The notes beneath the pieces were generated by a model. That model had not been told where the DNA came from and ran no database searches. It saw nothing but the letters and a program-made list of their open reading frames with translations. Of a stretch of DNA of 64,000 bases, positions 1 through 14,700 are shown piece by piece. Source of the stretch: Camelus ferus (Eukaryota); contig NC_045696.1 of the NCBI RefSeq assembly GCF_009834535.1, positions 83,702,001 through 83,766,000 on the forward strand, given 5' to 3'. The translations under genes were made by a program, and so were the position numbers. The first letter of the stretch is position 1; the number at the start of each line of letters is the position of its first letter.

Positions 1-2504
1 TGTAATACTGATAAAAAAGAGCATAAGAGCATGTTATGAAAAAGTCATCAATGTTTTCTGAACAGTTGTGATTTTAGATTCATAGTAATGGCCTCTCTCT
101 TCTAAACAGACTTCTAAATGTGAGATCAGTATTTCTATTTTCCATTTGACTTCCATTGTACTGTCCTAGACATCTTTCTATAAGAGATCAGATCAGGAGG
201 TGACAGAGAATATTTTGTCAAAATGTTTGAGGCCCTGTTCCATTCAGAAATCAAGGAGAGTTCTGTTCTTGTCAGTGCAGAGTTGCTGTTGAATTTCTAG
301 GGACTCAGTGGCCCCCTTCCTGGCCCCTGCTGTCTGTGTGGCCCCAGCTTACAGCCATGATCCTCCCGGTTAGGCTCGGTTGCTGTGGACTTCCTCTCTT
401 GGTGATACATGGATTGTAAGCACCTTGTGACATGTGGTCTCTGTTCTCCGTTCCAACCACCAAAATGGGAGAATTCTCTGCATGTTCCACAGCGTGGTGC
501 TAACCTGTGCAGTGCGGTTCTTAGGGAGACTTACAGGCTGCACGTTTTTCTCTCAGTTATTCTTTGCTCCCTGGGTTGGTTAGGGGCCAGGTGGGTTAAG
601 CTTGAAGATGCTCTCTCATGTTCACACTGTCTACGGAGGCAGAAGCTGCTACCCCAGTTGGCTAGAATGATGGTTTCTGTGAGTGCTTGCAAGTTGCCTT
701 ATTTAGCCCCCAAGAAGTCTTCATCTGGGAGTCCCATGGTAGTAGTACTTTGAGCAGAGCCTAAGCCTTTAAAGAAAGCCTGCTTTGTTTTTATTGTAGG
801 CCTCCAGCTGTTCTCAAAACTGCCTCCTGCCCAGTGACCACTCAGTCCTCAGACCACATTGTGTTGTGTCTGTGACCCTCTCTTCCTTAAGGGTGGTATT
901 TTCAATTTGTAATCTGTGGGGATCTATGAACTTTCTGATGTATGTATGTCAGTTTTGTGTGTCTTTTTCCAAGACAGAAGCCATAGCCTTTATCAGATCC
1001 TTAAAGCATCAGTGACCTGAAAAAAGGTTAAGAACCACTGCTTTAGGGCAAATTCCTCCTTCTGAGGTTTTTTTCCAAGACCATCTTGGAATTTGACCTC
1101 CCCTCGTTTCACCCCATGAGCCCTCCAGAAGGTGGCCAAGTTTGTAATGAGGTGGTCAGTGCTCACTGCTATTCATCTAAAGCCCTAAGCCACTCCATCC
1201 CTCTCCAATGTAAGAATCTTGATTAGAAACTTAAGTGACATTTAATAAATTGCTTTGCAACAATCCATTAGTAATTGCCTAGTAAATAATAAAAAAAAAA
1301 TCGTCTTCGTATCACGTGAGAAATTTCTACTTTTCAAATTGCTTTATATTCATGGTATCATTTGGTCCTGAAGACCCTATGATGTTGAGTAAAGCCATAT
1401 ACTATATTATCATTTTTAAATTGGGGAAACAGAAGTTACAAAGCAAGACAGTGACACACTTGGGATTAATACTCTAATTGCTTGAATCCTAACTCAGGAC
1501 TCTTACTAATCAGTCAGTTTCCAAGGCTCCTTCACCCTGGAACTAAAATGAAGTTTTGACAGTATGTATTCACAAAACAGAGTTTCTGACTTTGCCTCCT
1601 TGGAGTGGAGAATATTCCCAGAGAGACTCACCTGGACTTGAGAACTGGTCTCCTTGGAGTCCTCTTGCCACCCCGTGCCTCCTCCCATCTCTGTGTCCAT
1701 GGAAGGTGCCGATGGCTGCTCATGCTGCCACTTCCTGCTTCACCTCTGTAGCTTTCCACTGTCAGCCTCCTGTTTACCTTGTTCCTTTCTTGGTCTCACG
1801 TGCCCTGGAGGGTGGAGGCAGCTCCATGGGATTGAGCCCCAGGCTACTGAGAGCGATGATCACTGTGGGGAACTTGGCTTCACCACCCTTTCCATCTCTC
1901 CCTGGCACATTGTCCTTGGTCCAAAATTAGGGGCATGGGCTCTGTCCTTTACCTTAGGGTAATTTTTTCTTCAGACCCCTCTGCCTCCCAAGGTGTAGAC
2001 AGAGCTTAAGCACACACTGGGGTCCTGCTAACTTTCACCACAGGCTCTGTAACTTCACCTTGACTTCACAGGGGGGCTTTGAAGCTCACCTCTCAACTGA
2101 TTTTCCAGCTGTGTTTTTTAGCTTCCAGATGTAGCAGCCAAATCACTCCTAAATAAATCACAGATTGGTAAACCAGGAAGGAATGTTTGTAGAACCCAGG
2201 TTGCAAAGAGCAGCATATGGATATGTTTTGGTTTGGCCCACACAGTGCTTGGAAAAATTTCACGGTAGTTGTCTTCATGGAAAAAGAAAGACATTTTATG
2301 TAAACATCCGGATTTCTGACTTTGAAAAGTCGTAGGATCCCTCGACACAGGGCTGCATTCCTGTGTGCTGAATGGCTTGTGTTTTGAATGGAGCTTTTAA
2401 GGCTTCAGTTAGCAAAAATTTCCACTAGGAATTCTTCCTCTCCAAGAACTTCTTCATTTATCAGTGAAGAAAGTGAGCCTCAGGGAGACAGACTGACTTG
2501 ACAG

Positions 2505-2800
2505 CTATGCTTCCCAATGTGGTGGCTACTGGTCCTGTGAGGCAGAAGCACTTAAAGTGCAGTGAGTGTGTGACTAGGAACAGAATTTCAAATTTTAGCT
2601 AATTTAAATTTAAAATTGTGAAATATTTTTCTGTTAAACACAACTTTACTGTTTTGGTGGAACTACATTTTGATTAACTCTTGGGTGGCGTTAGATATCA
2701 GTGTATTGCAATGCACATATGCTTTCTACTTTTTTTGATGCAGCTGCTAGAAATTTTAAAACTACAAATGTGATTCATGGTGTACTTCTACTGAACAGGG
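2505..2800. mobile_element. hAT-Charlie DNA transposon relic (MER33/MER3-like)
   Basis: Recognised motifs 'caatgtggtggctactggt...' and 'ctgctagaaattttaaaactaca...tacttctactgaacag'; boundaries approximate. Confidence 0.55.
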
Positions 2801-3429
2801 CTGACCAGACAGTGTGACGAACAGAGCTCACACAGTTTGGTGGTGTGAAGTCTGAAATTTGTCAGCCAGTATCCACAGTTCTAACAGTATTTTTTCTCCA
2901 TTACTAACGTGTTGCCCAACTTTACTGTTAATTCTCAGAACCTTTTCTTTGTAACATATAATCTCACAAACTCCTGTAGGAACTTATTTTTCCTCATTTT
3001 TTGCTTGGCACATGATACAGAAGTGATAGTAGGTAAATGGAAATTTAGTTCTGTGTATTGTCAGTGATTATATAATTTTAAAGGTAATTTTTCAGATAAT
3101 ATTAATATTCATGATATATAAAGACTAAAATTATTTTTCTCATTTTGACACTGACCATTTAATTGTCTCTGAATTATTTGTGTAAGAAGACAATTTTTAA
3201 CACATTCAAATTAATACTGTATTTGATTTCAACACAGATGTAATTAAAATGTAGTCCAAAATTAGTTACATATTGTAGCTCTAAAACTAGACAAAATTAC
3301 TTTTAGACTTAATATATTGAGTTCCTTTATTTGACTCAGTAAGAAGGAAATCAAACACTTCACAAATAGAACATTGGGTGTGTGAATAGCCCAGTCAGGT
3401 CTAATGTTTTACCCTTTTGGGGGACATTT

Positions 3430-3870
3430 TAGTTATTGAATTATGAATTGTAACACACACACATTAAAGTGTACAAATTGTAAGCAAGACAGTGTGATGA
3501 ATTTTCTCAAACATATTTGTATAACCAGCAGCCCGATCAAAGCACATAACAATGTCTGCACCCCAGGAGTTTCCTTTTAGTCACTCCTTTTAGTCATTAA
3601 CTGTCCCCCACCCACTAAGGATAATTGCCATCGGTTGATTTTGTCTGGTTTTGTGCTTTACATAAGCGAGATCAAACAACATAGACTTTTGTTTCTGACT
3701 ACTTTTGCTTAGCATCGCTTGTGAGATTCCTCCAAGCTGTTACATGCAGTTATAGATTGTTTGTTTCTTTTAGTGTGCCGTCCTGTCAGTCTATCACAAT
3801 TTATCCATTCTACTTTTGATGGACGTTTGGGTAATAGGTCCTGATGCTATGAGCACTCTAGTTCTTCTGA
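3430..3870 (-). mobile_element. Old L1M (L1ME-like) 3' fragment, antisense
   Basis: Typical motifs 'aaagtgtacaaa', 'ttgtgagattc', 'caatttatccattctacttttgatggacgtttggg'. Confidence 0.6.
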
Positions 3871-6800
3871 CTTTTTTTTTTTCAGAGGGTTGGCTGCTTC
3901 TTGATGTGCTTGATGACTATTTTGAGTAAGACAGTGCTACTTACGGACTATTCTGAGTGCATTTGCAAAATCATTATCTCATTATTTCTCCTCTACTAGT
4001 GCTAATTTGTATCCTCATGCATCCTGTCTGTATGCACCGGACCATCATCAGTCCATATTTTGTAATATGACCAAAAATAAAAACAACTAAAACTTAACGT
4101 TCAAAATGCAAGTATTGATGTCATTCAGCAGAGGATAAGCTGCCCAAGGATCTGCCCAGATGTGAACTGGCTTATCTGTTCTCTGTTCACCATCATTCCC
4201 GCTCCTTTGATACATTCTTTTTCCATCTGTATTGTGTAAAAGGGTCATTTTTAAAGTAATCAATTAATTTATTTTAAAAATGGAAATTACAACAGGCCAG
4301 ATTACTGCCTTTTGCTGAGTTAATTTCCTGAAACATGTTCACAATCCCCCTGATTTGGGAACACTGCCCCTCACCAGAGGAGTCCAGAGGATGACTAAGC
4401 ATTTGGGAGCAATGTTGTGGAGTTCACTCAGATGTCTGGTAGGTGGTTGAACTAGCCTTAAGATTCTTTCTGAGCTAAAATTTTGTCATTTTAAAATTCT
4501 GAGATGCTAGCTTACAGTGAACAATAATGAAAATAAGAATTACAGGTAGTGACTCATTCTCAGCAATTTATTAATAGACAGTTTTCACCGTATAGTTTTG
4601 CTTTATTATATACAAATGGCTAAAGAGGCAGTGATTTTCCTGGAACTGATTCATGAACTTCTCAATTAAGATTACATGTATAACTTGATAATTGAACTTG
4701 TATAAGACTACAGTTTGTCTTCATACAAATTATGATAGAAAAATTAATAATACATTTGAGTAAACAAAAGCCTACCCTACTTTTTAAAAGAACAGATTTC
4801 TAAATCACTTAGGAGCATTAAAAGGAAAGATACCATCCTAGACAAAAAATTAACAGATGATTCCTACTGTGTGATTTAGGCCAGCACTGAAAGTACTGAT
4901 ACTCAAAAGTAATAAAGTTGTACTTACTGAACTCTTCTTTACTTCAAGATTTTTACTAATTTATCCAGGCTCCCCATCCCAACACTGCTTAGTTTACACC
5001 TGTGAGTTTTTGAAGGGAAGCTATTCAGGAACTGCTCAAAAAACCAAATAAGTGGTTCTGGAGTACATCAGACAGCTGGGGACATGTCTTACTTTCAGTT
5101 CACTTAGACAACTGCTTGGTAAATTGTAGAAACATCTAAGGTTACAAAATTATAACTTGGATTTCTTCAAATATATTTTATTGAATATAATATAGTTTAT
5201 TTCTAAAAATTGGACTTCATAGAATGAATGTCTTTCTGTGACAGTTTTTTCTTTAAATATTCCTTTATTGGAAGGATTTCTTACTCTGTTTTCTGAAATA
5301 GAAGATAGCCAAAGAAAATCACTAGTATTGATTTAGGATAGGTTAATCAGAGAAGCATGGTTTGATGCAGCTAATGTTACATGAGTAGCCATATAAAGAT
5401 GCTGAGCATCAGCACAGTAGTTTTTGTTTTGTATGAATTTCAGAATCTCAGCAACTTATAAGAACAAGCATATTCATGGTCATGGGTCTGTAATTTGCCT
5501 GTGGTTTGACCATTGTGTACTGGGCTTGGCCGGGCCTGACCTGCCGGGACCTAGGTGCAGACAAGCTTGGAGCTGGCTTATTGCCATTTTTGTCGTCCTG
5601 TTGGACAAGCAAGACACATGGTCCCAGCATTGATGGGTTGGGGCATGGAATAATACTCTTCCCACAGTGGTAGGCACTACTGTGTGGATGGCAGGGTGTG
5701 GATGTATAATTACAGTAGTGAGGGGTGAAGAATTCAGAACGATGATCCCATCTACCATAGTCAGTTTCAAAACTGGTAGAGTGGGAGATAAGAAAGCTTT
5801 CATTCGCAGAATCATTTTACAGTGATGTGACATAGACTTTTTAAAAAGAATAACATTAAATAATGTAATTTTAGTCATATTTGGGTTTTCTCTAGGAAAG
5901 AATGAGTTCATAATGGAAAGGCACATAGCATAAATTATAAACAAAAGATAATAGGTAAATATGTTCTTTTATTCAACAAATTTTTTCTGAAGCACCTGCT
6001 GTCCACAGGCTTTCTTGTGGGATATAATAATTTTACAGGTGTTGGCATTGAAAGATAGAATGTAAATGAAGTATCCTTTAAAGCTAAAGGGTTTTCTATT
6101 GGATTTTATGACCACTCTTTCAGTGACATAGAATGAGTGAAATTTCTTTACCAGAGTACTTCAACATTTAATATTCTGCTTTTAGCAGCAAAAGCTGATG
6201 CGATAAAATATAGGATTTAATATTATACACTAATTTATGTGGGTTAAAAAAACTAGAACAACTTAGAACATGGATCCGTGGATAGGCTTTTATATTTAAA
6301 ATTTTTTGTAGACTTCTCATGGATATATGTAATGCTTGGCTTTTTAAAAAAACATTATATATTCACTGGGATTCTTTTCTTTAAAAAATTAAATGAAAAA
6401 ATTATGCCATTAGTAATTACTTGAAGGTTCTTTGGCAGCTATATATTTTTATACACAAGGCCTTAGGAAAAAATTAAGGAAAATTTATGGAGACAGATGC
6501 CCTGTCTATCTGTTTGTCGGTCTTTCTGTCTTTTTAAGGACTTGTGTAATTCTAAGCATTTCTTTAAAACACTTTTATTTTTTAAGTTGCATATTTATTA
6601 ATTCCTTTCATATAATATGAGATTGTATGTGTATGATTGTATATATGTGTGTGTGTGTGTGACTGGTCAGTTAATAATTGTGCTGGTCGTCTTTAGAGGG
6701 TAATCCTGATAGCAGTTTCTACTTTTCAAAGCTTGATTCTTCATGTCTCAGCTTGAGAATATCAGGATTTTTTACTGAAAAAGGGAAGCTGAAGGCTGTT

Positions 6801-7409
6801 TCCTAGATACACAAATATGACCTTGATTTGGAAATGGGTTTTTCCTGTGAGTTGTCCTGCCATGCTTTTTGTGCATACAATAGGAAGAAGCAGTAAGAAG
6901 ACACAGGTTTTTTCAACAAGTTCATTTCTGTGCTATTTGAGAACAATGTCTGCTCAGAAAAATTTCAGAGTAGGAACATGTAGATTCTTGTTAAGCCCTG
7001 TAAGTGAAACTCTGACACTCTGTGAAACCAGTGAATAATTGGCCAGTTACCATGTATTTGTTCTTTAACTTAAAGAAATACTCCTTGTCATTAACTTTGC
7101 TCCTTTGGAAATATGTTGATGTGGAAAGAAAATCTGGCGGTATTTTTGATTTTCTTCATCTCTGTTTTATTACTTAACTGTTTTTTTTTTCACTTCACTA
7201 GTTGATTGCTTAAATACTTTTTTTTTTTTCAATCAGTCTGTTTGGCACCAATCAGAACAGACACCAAAAAGAACATTTCTACTGACTGCTTAATTATCTT
7301 GTAAAGGGAAGAGTCATTGAATCATATCTCATTTCTCCTCTTTGTAGGTCTGTTCTGGTGTTATCACAGTCACTCAAAAACCTACTGGCATGGTGTAGAC
7401 TAAAGGATG

Positions 7410-8780
7410 CTTTTCATGTAGTTGTGCTGACTCTACTTTCAAAATACATATCCTGAATCTTACCAATCTGTGATATTTCTATTTCTAACATCCTTGTCTG
7501 ACTCACTGTCATCTCTTGACTGGGCTGATTTGCAGCAGGCTTCTACCTGGTTTCCTGCTTCCACCCTTACCTCCCACATAGTAGCTCAGTAGTTCATAAA
7601 GATTATTCTTTGTAAAATATAAGTTAGGTGATGCTATTTCCCATCTCTCTTTAGAGGAAAATTTCACTTTTTCTTACCACTTGGTTGTGCTTTACCAACA
7701 GGATTCCAACCACGTGGGCCTTTTAGCTGTTGCAGTGACACCCCAAGACCCTTCTCAGAGTCTTTGTACTTGATATCCTCTCTGCCTGGAACCTTCTTCC
7801 CTGAGGTCTCTTCATCATTGACAGACTCTTTTTTTATTCTAGCCTCAGCTCAGATGTCAACTGCAAAGGCAGCTGTACTAGCTAACTATTGCTTCATAAC
7901 AAATTACCCCCCAACTTAGCACCTTTAAGCAACAGACATATGCAAACATTAACTATTTCACGCAGTTTCCAAAGGGTCAGGAATCCAGGAGCAGCTTAGC
8001 TGAATAGAGCTGGCGCAGGGTCTCTCCTGAGGCTGTACCCACGCCGTTGACTGGGCTGCAGTCATCCCAGGATGCGCTGGGGGAGGATCCACTTCCCAGC
8101 TCGTTCACGTGGTTGCTGGCAGGCGTCAGTTCTCACTGTTGGTCAGATACCTCCGTTTTTCACTGTGGAATGCCCCTCCATAGGCTGCCTGAGTGTCTCA
8201 TGACATGGCAGCTGGCTTCCCACGGAGTGACGACCTGAGAGGAAGAGCCCAACACAGAAACCGGTCTTTGGGATGTTGAATGTGAGGAAGTGAGATAACA
8301 GCACTTGTGCTGGGTGCTGTCCGTCACAGAGACCAACGCTGGTCCAATGTAGAAGAGCAGGACACAGCGTATGAGTACCGGGAGGTGTGGGGATCACAGG
8401 GAACCATCTGGAAGGCTGGCTCCTACAGCAGGTGGACGGCTGCTTTTGAGAAGCCTGCATCTTTCATGTTTTTTAGCCTCTGAGCAATCTTTAGAAGTGA
8501 TAGCTACATCTCTTCCTTTATAGAAGGAAATAAGCTGAAAATGATGATAGCCCAAGTACCCTCTCTCCCATTATCCTAAATTATTACCTTATTTGCACTG
8601 ATGACTCTCTGCAATCTCATATTGTATCTCCTTGTTCATTATATCTTGTTTGTCTTCCTCTGTGAGATTATAAGAACTTAAATTCAGAAAACTGGTGTTT
8701 CATGTCCACCATTTTAATCCTTAGGCCTACAACAATGCCTGAAATATAGGAGATAGTTATTTGACAAATGAATACATAGG
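7410..8780 (-). mobile_element. L2 LINE relic interrupted by a MaLR LTR
   Basis: L2-type motifs ('ctgcctggaaccttcttcc', 'ctcagctcagatgtca', 'acaatgcctgaaatatagg...tatttgacaaatgaat') on both sides of the LTR. Confidence 0.55.
7874..8427 (-). mobile_element. MaLR solo LTR (MLT1-type), 554 bp
   Basis: TG...CA termini, 'ataacaaattaccccccaacttagc' MLT1 motif, degenerate 5-bp TSD gcagc/gcagg. Confidence 0.75.
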
Positions 8781-11700
8781 TTTGCCTTTTCAAAAAGCCC
8801 TAGAATTTTATTTTAACGATGTCATATGGAAGCTGTTTCTACGTGCATCCCTGTATTCTAAAATTGAGTATACTGAACATAAATTTCATTAGTTTAAGTA
8901 ATGAAGTAGTTTACCTTATGTAGAAGGCACTGTGCTAGATACTCTGAAGTTACAGATGTAAGTAAGACATAGTCCTCACCCCCGAGGAGTTCTTTTAGCA
9001 AGGATGGGCAGACTATGGTGCGAGCCATATGAAAGCAAGTAAAACAAAGAAGAGGGGAAAATTACAGGGCGAGAGGCAGGGTGAAGGCCTTCTGATACCT
9101 TAGGGTCAGTGCAGTTATTTTATGCTGTAATACTGTGTTTCTTTTAGCATGCTCAGAATGTAAGAAGGAAAGAAACCATATTTTCAAAACAACAAAAAGT
9201 CAGGAAGCCTGGTTTACAGAAGTAGAGATGGTAAATTATTTAGTTACATATTTTTAAAGATCACCTTGCTGAAATGACTAAAAATATAGGGAATTGTGTT
9301 TCATTTATTTGGTTGTCATCATGTATAGAGCAGTTGCCTGTCCTTTAAATAGTCTTCAATCTGTATCTATGGACTTAGTGCCCTGAGTAACGATTATCTC
9401 CATAATACTGGCTGTTATCTGCTTCTTGGTGTAGTCATTCTGTCTCCCTCGCCTTAAAGCTGCTTCATCTAATTTTGCTGTGGACTTGAAAGCCCAGTAA
9501 GCAAACTTGATAAGAGTTATTTATAATAAGAATAAGTGAGACTCTGAAAAAACTTTTCAAATAATCAAGTTTTGGAGGCGGTTTTATTTTCAGTTTAGCT
9601 CTTCCTGGTTCACTTTTTTGTCTTTCTGGCACTCACCTGTACTTTAACCACTTGTCTTCATGGGGAAGATGTTATTTTACTTAGGTTTTCTACTGAACTT
9701 TTTGTCCCTGTTCCATATATCATACGTAGTTGGCTCTGAAGTCCAGCTGACTCATAGGTTTGCCCAATTTTAGTTTTACGTCCTCAAACAAGGTTTTGAA
9801 TCTTTCTGAGCCCAATTTAAAAAAAATAAAATCGTCTCTTGCCGTGTTGGTGTAAAGAGTAAATACATTGAAGGCCTCGAATGTTACCTGGCATCAGTTT
9901 CCTCCCGTCCCATCCTCCTTCCCCAGTCATCCCCCGGGTTGGACGGGCTTCACACTCTGCCACTTGGTGACAGACGCCTTGGGAAGCAGCACCCACAGCG
10001 CATGCCATGTTGACACGATGTCCAGGCTTATCCTAAGCAGTGTCAGGCTGGACTGGAAAGACCCGTCCTGCAGACACCTATCTTTCCTGAGACACTCAGC
10101 ACAACTCAGAAACAGTCCAGGGCTGAGTTACCCTGCATATCGGTACAGTAACTTGGCCCTGGGGAAAACCCAGAGTCCCAGACTGGTCATAAAATGAAAC
10201 TCACTCTCTAAGTATCCTTTAGAGTTGTGATCCCCTAAAGCATGTTTGACTGCTACGTGGTGTTTCACTCCCTGCCTGGGGTTTACAACAGTGGAACTCA
10301 GTCAGTGGCATCTCAGCCCTCGAGAAGAATAAGGCCGTGGGGGCTTGTTTCCTGGGGCGGGGGGACATATCAGTCCCTGTGCATACTCAAAGTTAGCAAA
10401 ACACTCAGAGCAAGGAATTTTTTAACTTAAAGTAAGTTCTACAACATCTGTGTAATTACTTACATTTTTCCACTCCCTCACATATTTTCTCAGTCTGACC
10501 ACCCGTGTGACTCATTCAATAGCAAACTGAGTGAAATCAGCATTCTCTTGTAGTCATCAAGGAAAATGGGCCATCTCCCTGGCCTGCTGGATTGTCTGGT
10601 GTGCCCCAGAGAATCTCACAGTTGGGGCCTCTTCCTGCTGCTGCGTTTCCTTGTTTTCCTCTTGGGCTGGTTTCCACCCACCGTCGGGGGGACCGTCTCA
10701 CCGTGGCCAGTGACGGTCGTCACTCCAGGTGGCTCTCTCCTGAATGTGGCATTTCTTGTATTTATTCATTGTTCATGCCTTGAGAGTCCTGAACAAGATC
10801 CTGCCTTTTTCTTGTTTTAAATTCAGCTGAAATTCATTGAGTACCTATTTTGTGCCGTACAGGGGAATTTTAGGCCCTAGTATTTACATTATGGATTAGA
10901 AGAAGGAGGTTCAGAAAGGTCGTATGTTCAGAATGACAGAAGTAGTAAATGAGAGAAGGAACTGGAATGAAAATCTGCCGACCCTCAATTCAGTTTTCTT
11001 TCCAATTTAGCATCCCTTCCCTTTCCTTTGGGTGTGCCAGGACATTCAGAAACTCTGACGATGTAAGCTGGAAGGCTTCATTAGGCCATGCTTGTCTGTG
11101 CCACTGGCCATCATCCCTACCCTGGCACTGGAGACTGCTGTAAGCAGTGTGCGGCAGGTGTGCGCCAGGTACCACTCTCTGAGTACCACTCTTTGAGTCT
11201 GTAGTGCCAGCTCCTGGCCTGTAGGATGGAAAGAAAGCTGCTGTTTTCACTATCAATTTTTTTTTTAAGGACTGGTCATAAAAGTAGATTTAACAATTTA
11301 ATGTAGAAAACCTCCACTCACAAAGAAGAGTGAACTTATTAAATGTAAAGAAGTTGGGGGGGAACTCCCTGACTTCAGTTTTTTTCAGACTATGGATTTA
11401 ACCTTTAATCAGAAAGGTGTTACCTTGAATGAATAAGCTTTCCCTTTCAAGTTACAAATCCATATGCCTCTGTTTAGGCAGGCCTCAGAAATTGGTTTTT
11501 CTTTTTTTCATTACTTCTGTAATAACCCTAATAAAAACAAAGGTGGTTTCCATGAGTTGAAAAGCAGGCAATTATTGATCAATTATATCATTGGAAGAGA
11601 ACATTAAAAATAATTCATTTGGGATTTTATAACCTGTTTGAATCTGTATTTGATGAAGTAGATTACATTAGAGACTTTAATGACGCCACAGTGTGAACAC

Positions 11701-14700
11701 CCAACTCAGGAAGATAAACTATGCACTTTCCCAAAATTTGGATTGAATGTAGACCTGAGTTCAAATGTGGACTCCATAATTAAATACGTGGATGATGTTT
11801 GACAGGTTACCTAGCCACTGCGCCTGTTTCATTGCGTATTCAAATAAGGGTTATGCTTGCTTTCTGCAGTTACGACTCTGGTGAAAACATCTATTCTGTG
11901 CCTGGTGCATGATAGACATTTTGAAAAAGGCAGCCAACCTCACCCATATTTTAATTAGTTGATAAAGTACAACTTCCAGAAAAGCAAATTACTTGTCTTA
12001 CTACTTGTGAGTTAGTAACTTCACCTTTCTATACGAAGGCTTCATAGTTGAAAACAAGGTACATTACATCAGCGTTTGTATATAACACTAACTTAGAAAA
12101 TACAAATAGGACATAAAGCTCTAATGACATCCTTTTAAGATCTCCATTGGGGAAAGTAATTTTAACATATTAAAAGACTTGATGTTTTTAACGGGCATTT
12201 TTATTTATCTCGTGAATTGTATTTTGGAATGATCTTTGAAAGGCTGCTGTTTCAATTCTTAATTCATTTTACTCGGAGACTATGAATATCAAAGTAGTAA
12301 AATTCGATTAAGTGGAATACAGGAAATGGAATATTCTGCTGAATTTAGTTGTCAGTGTTAAATAGAAAACTTATTTCCTTCTCCACCCATGTGGTTTCTG
12401 GTCTCTGTATTTAAATCATTCTGTTGAATCTGAAGTTGTATTGAAAGCTCTGTGCCGAGTTGGTTGTTGTTGGTTCTGTTTTTCTGGTAAAAGGAAGAGA
12501 AATCATTAAAGAAAAATAACTTTTTGCTTTGAGTTATTTTATTGAAAAGCATTCCAAACTGTATTAATTGCTTTACTTCACTGTTAGAATAGTCATCGGT
12601 GGAAACAACAATTTTCTTCTAGTACTGGAAACATACATCAGTTATGAAGACAGTTCAACTAAATGTATGCTGTCCCTTGGACATGACAATGAGCTCATCA
12701 ATAGATTTTGATCTTTCCCTTTCTTTTAGAGCATATGTACAATAAAAAAAAAGTTCCCCTCAGTTAAGTTATGGTAAAATGAGCATCAGCATAATTAATT
12801 ACTATGACAAATTTGAGTAGGTTATTTTTGTGTAGAAATTTGAAAAGTGCAGAAAAATTTTGTAACAAAAGAAGAAAAGGCATTCATAATTCTCAACAAC
12901 CACAGCAATCCCTGTAATATTTTAGTGTTTATTTACAGAATCAAAGCCAAGTGGATGTGCAGTTCTTCAGTTTAACCTGGTTAAGTTTTTTTAAACTTAA
13001 GTTGATGTTTTGCTTCATGTATACGTGTTTCCATTTTAAGTTTTAGAGAAATCATAAGAAAAAATGGATGAAAGAAAAGAAATGAAGCTTCCCTTTATGA
13101 CTTAAAAAATATCTGTCCTTTATTTGATCAACATTGCAGTATCTTATTGGGGAAACAGAAAAAAGTAACAGATTTTTTTTTTTTACTGCAAGAAATGGAT
13201 ATGTAAAGTGGTAATCATGTTTCTGGTTTCAGAATTCAGGAAAAAAGTTTCTCTGAAAAACAGAACCATTCAGAAGCCAAATTTAAAGAGATTTTTTCCC
13301 CACTTTATATTCTTACTTGGAGTATTGAAAGAAAATTTGTAACCACAGTAATTTTTTTTTTGTTTGCTTTCAGGTTTTTCCATTGCAATAAGGAATGTAA
13401 GCCTACCAGAAAAAAACACCAGTGAATTATCAATATTTGCTTTATCTTATTATGTAGGTTAATTTCTGATCATCGACTTTGTAAGGAAAATCTTGTGAAA
13501 GTTATTTCAATTCTATAATGCAATATTGTTAGATATATATTTTCATCAGATATATATCATATATAGTGATATTTTATAAACTTATTTAAATTTAGAATGA
13601 GAAATTAAGCTCATAACATCTTTTACTACTTCTTTATGGAATTACAAAAGTATTTTTGTGTATTTCTAGTGAAACAGCAGGCCAGAAAATATTAATATGC
13701 TCTTGGTAGGTTTCATCTATGTTCTTTTCAAATTCATGAAACTGAAAGACAAGGTGATGGAAATACTTTCTGCACCTCAGATAAATATGTATATTTTGCA
13801 TATTGATAATGTAGAATTGTCATTTCTGCCTTATGAGAAATTTTTTTTTTTTTTTTAATGAGTCCTGGCTTATTTTTTCCCTCTGAAATGGCTGTATCGT
13901 TTACTCTGATGTATTTAGTATGGGGATGACTTACTGAGTTCTGTCAGTACGTGGGCAACCATGTTTAGATTAGAGGGAGTTTTTTTTGTTGGTTTTTGGT
14001 TTTATATATTGTGTGTGTGTGTTTGTGTGTATGTGTTTGGTAGCCTCAGAAAAAAGCTGTAATAACTATTTAGTGCTATTTTTTTTTGTTTGCCTACATA
14101 TACTGCTAATTATGTATTTATTTAAGTAACTGCCTAATGTGTATTTCTAGGTTTATTGTTTTGGATCCAGGGTTACAATTCCTAATTCATAAATTTATGG
14201 TGTTCAAGGGATAGGCTACTTATAAGTACTGTACTTTTTATTGAGTCACTGAGTAAGTAACAAAGTAGCACAAAATTATCTTCATTAAAAGTAGAACTCA
14301 AAAATGAGTTCTTTAAAATGTTAAAAAAAAAAAACTTACCCAGTGAGTTCTCAAAATTCTAAAGCAAAGATGAACAAACCAAGCATGAATATTAACTAAA
14401 AATTGTCCCAAGTCTCCTATGATAATTCATATTTAGCAGTAGGTACAAAAAAATCCTTTCTTTTATCTAAATACTTAGGTTTGCACAGCTTTATAATGGG
14501 GTGGCAGGTATGCTGTATCAACGATTTAAAGGTAAATTTAAAGATGATAATTTCCTTTACTTCTCACAGTCTCTTGAATGACAGTCACAAAATTACCATA
14601 ATAAATGGATTCCTTTTCTTATGAAGTAGCTCCTCAGAAATTTGGAATAATGGATTGAGACCCACACTAAATCACCAAAAAGTTTAATGCTTCTTAAGTA

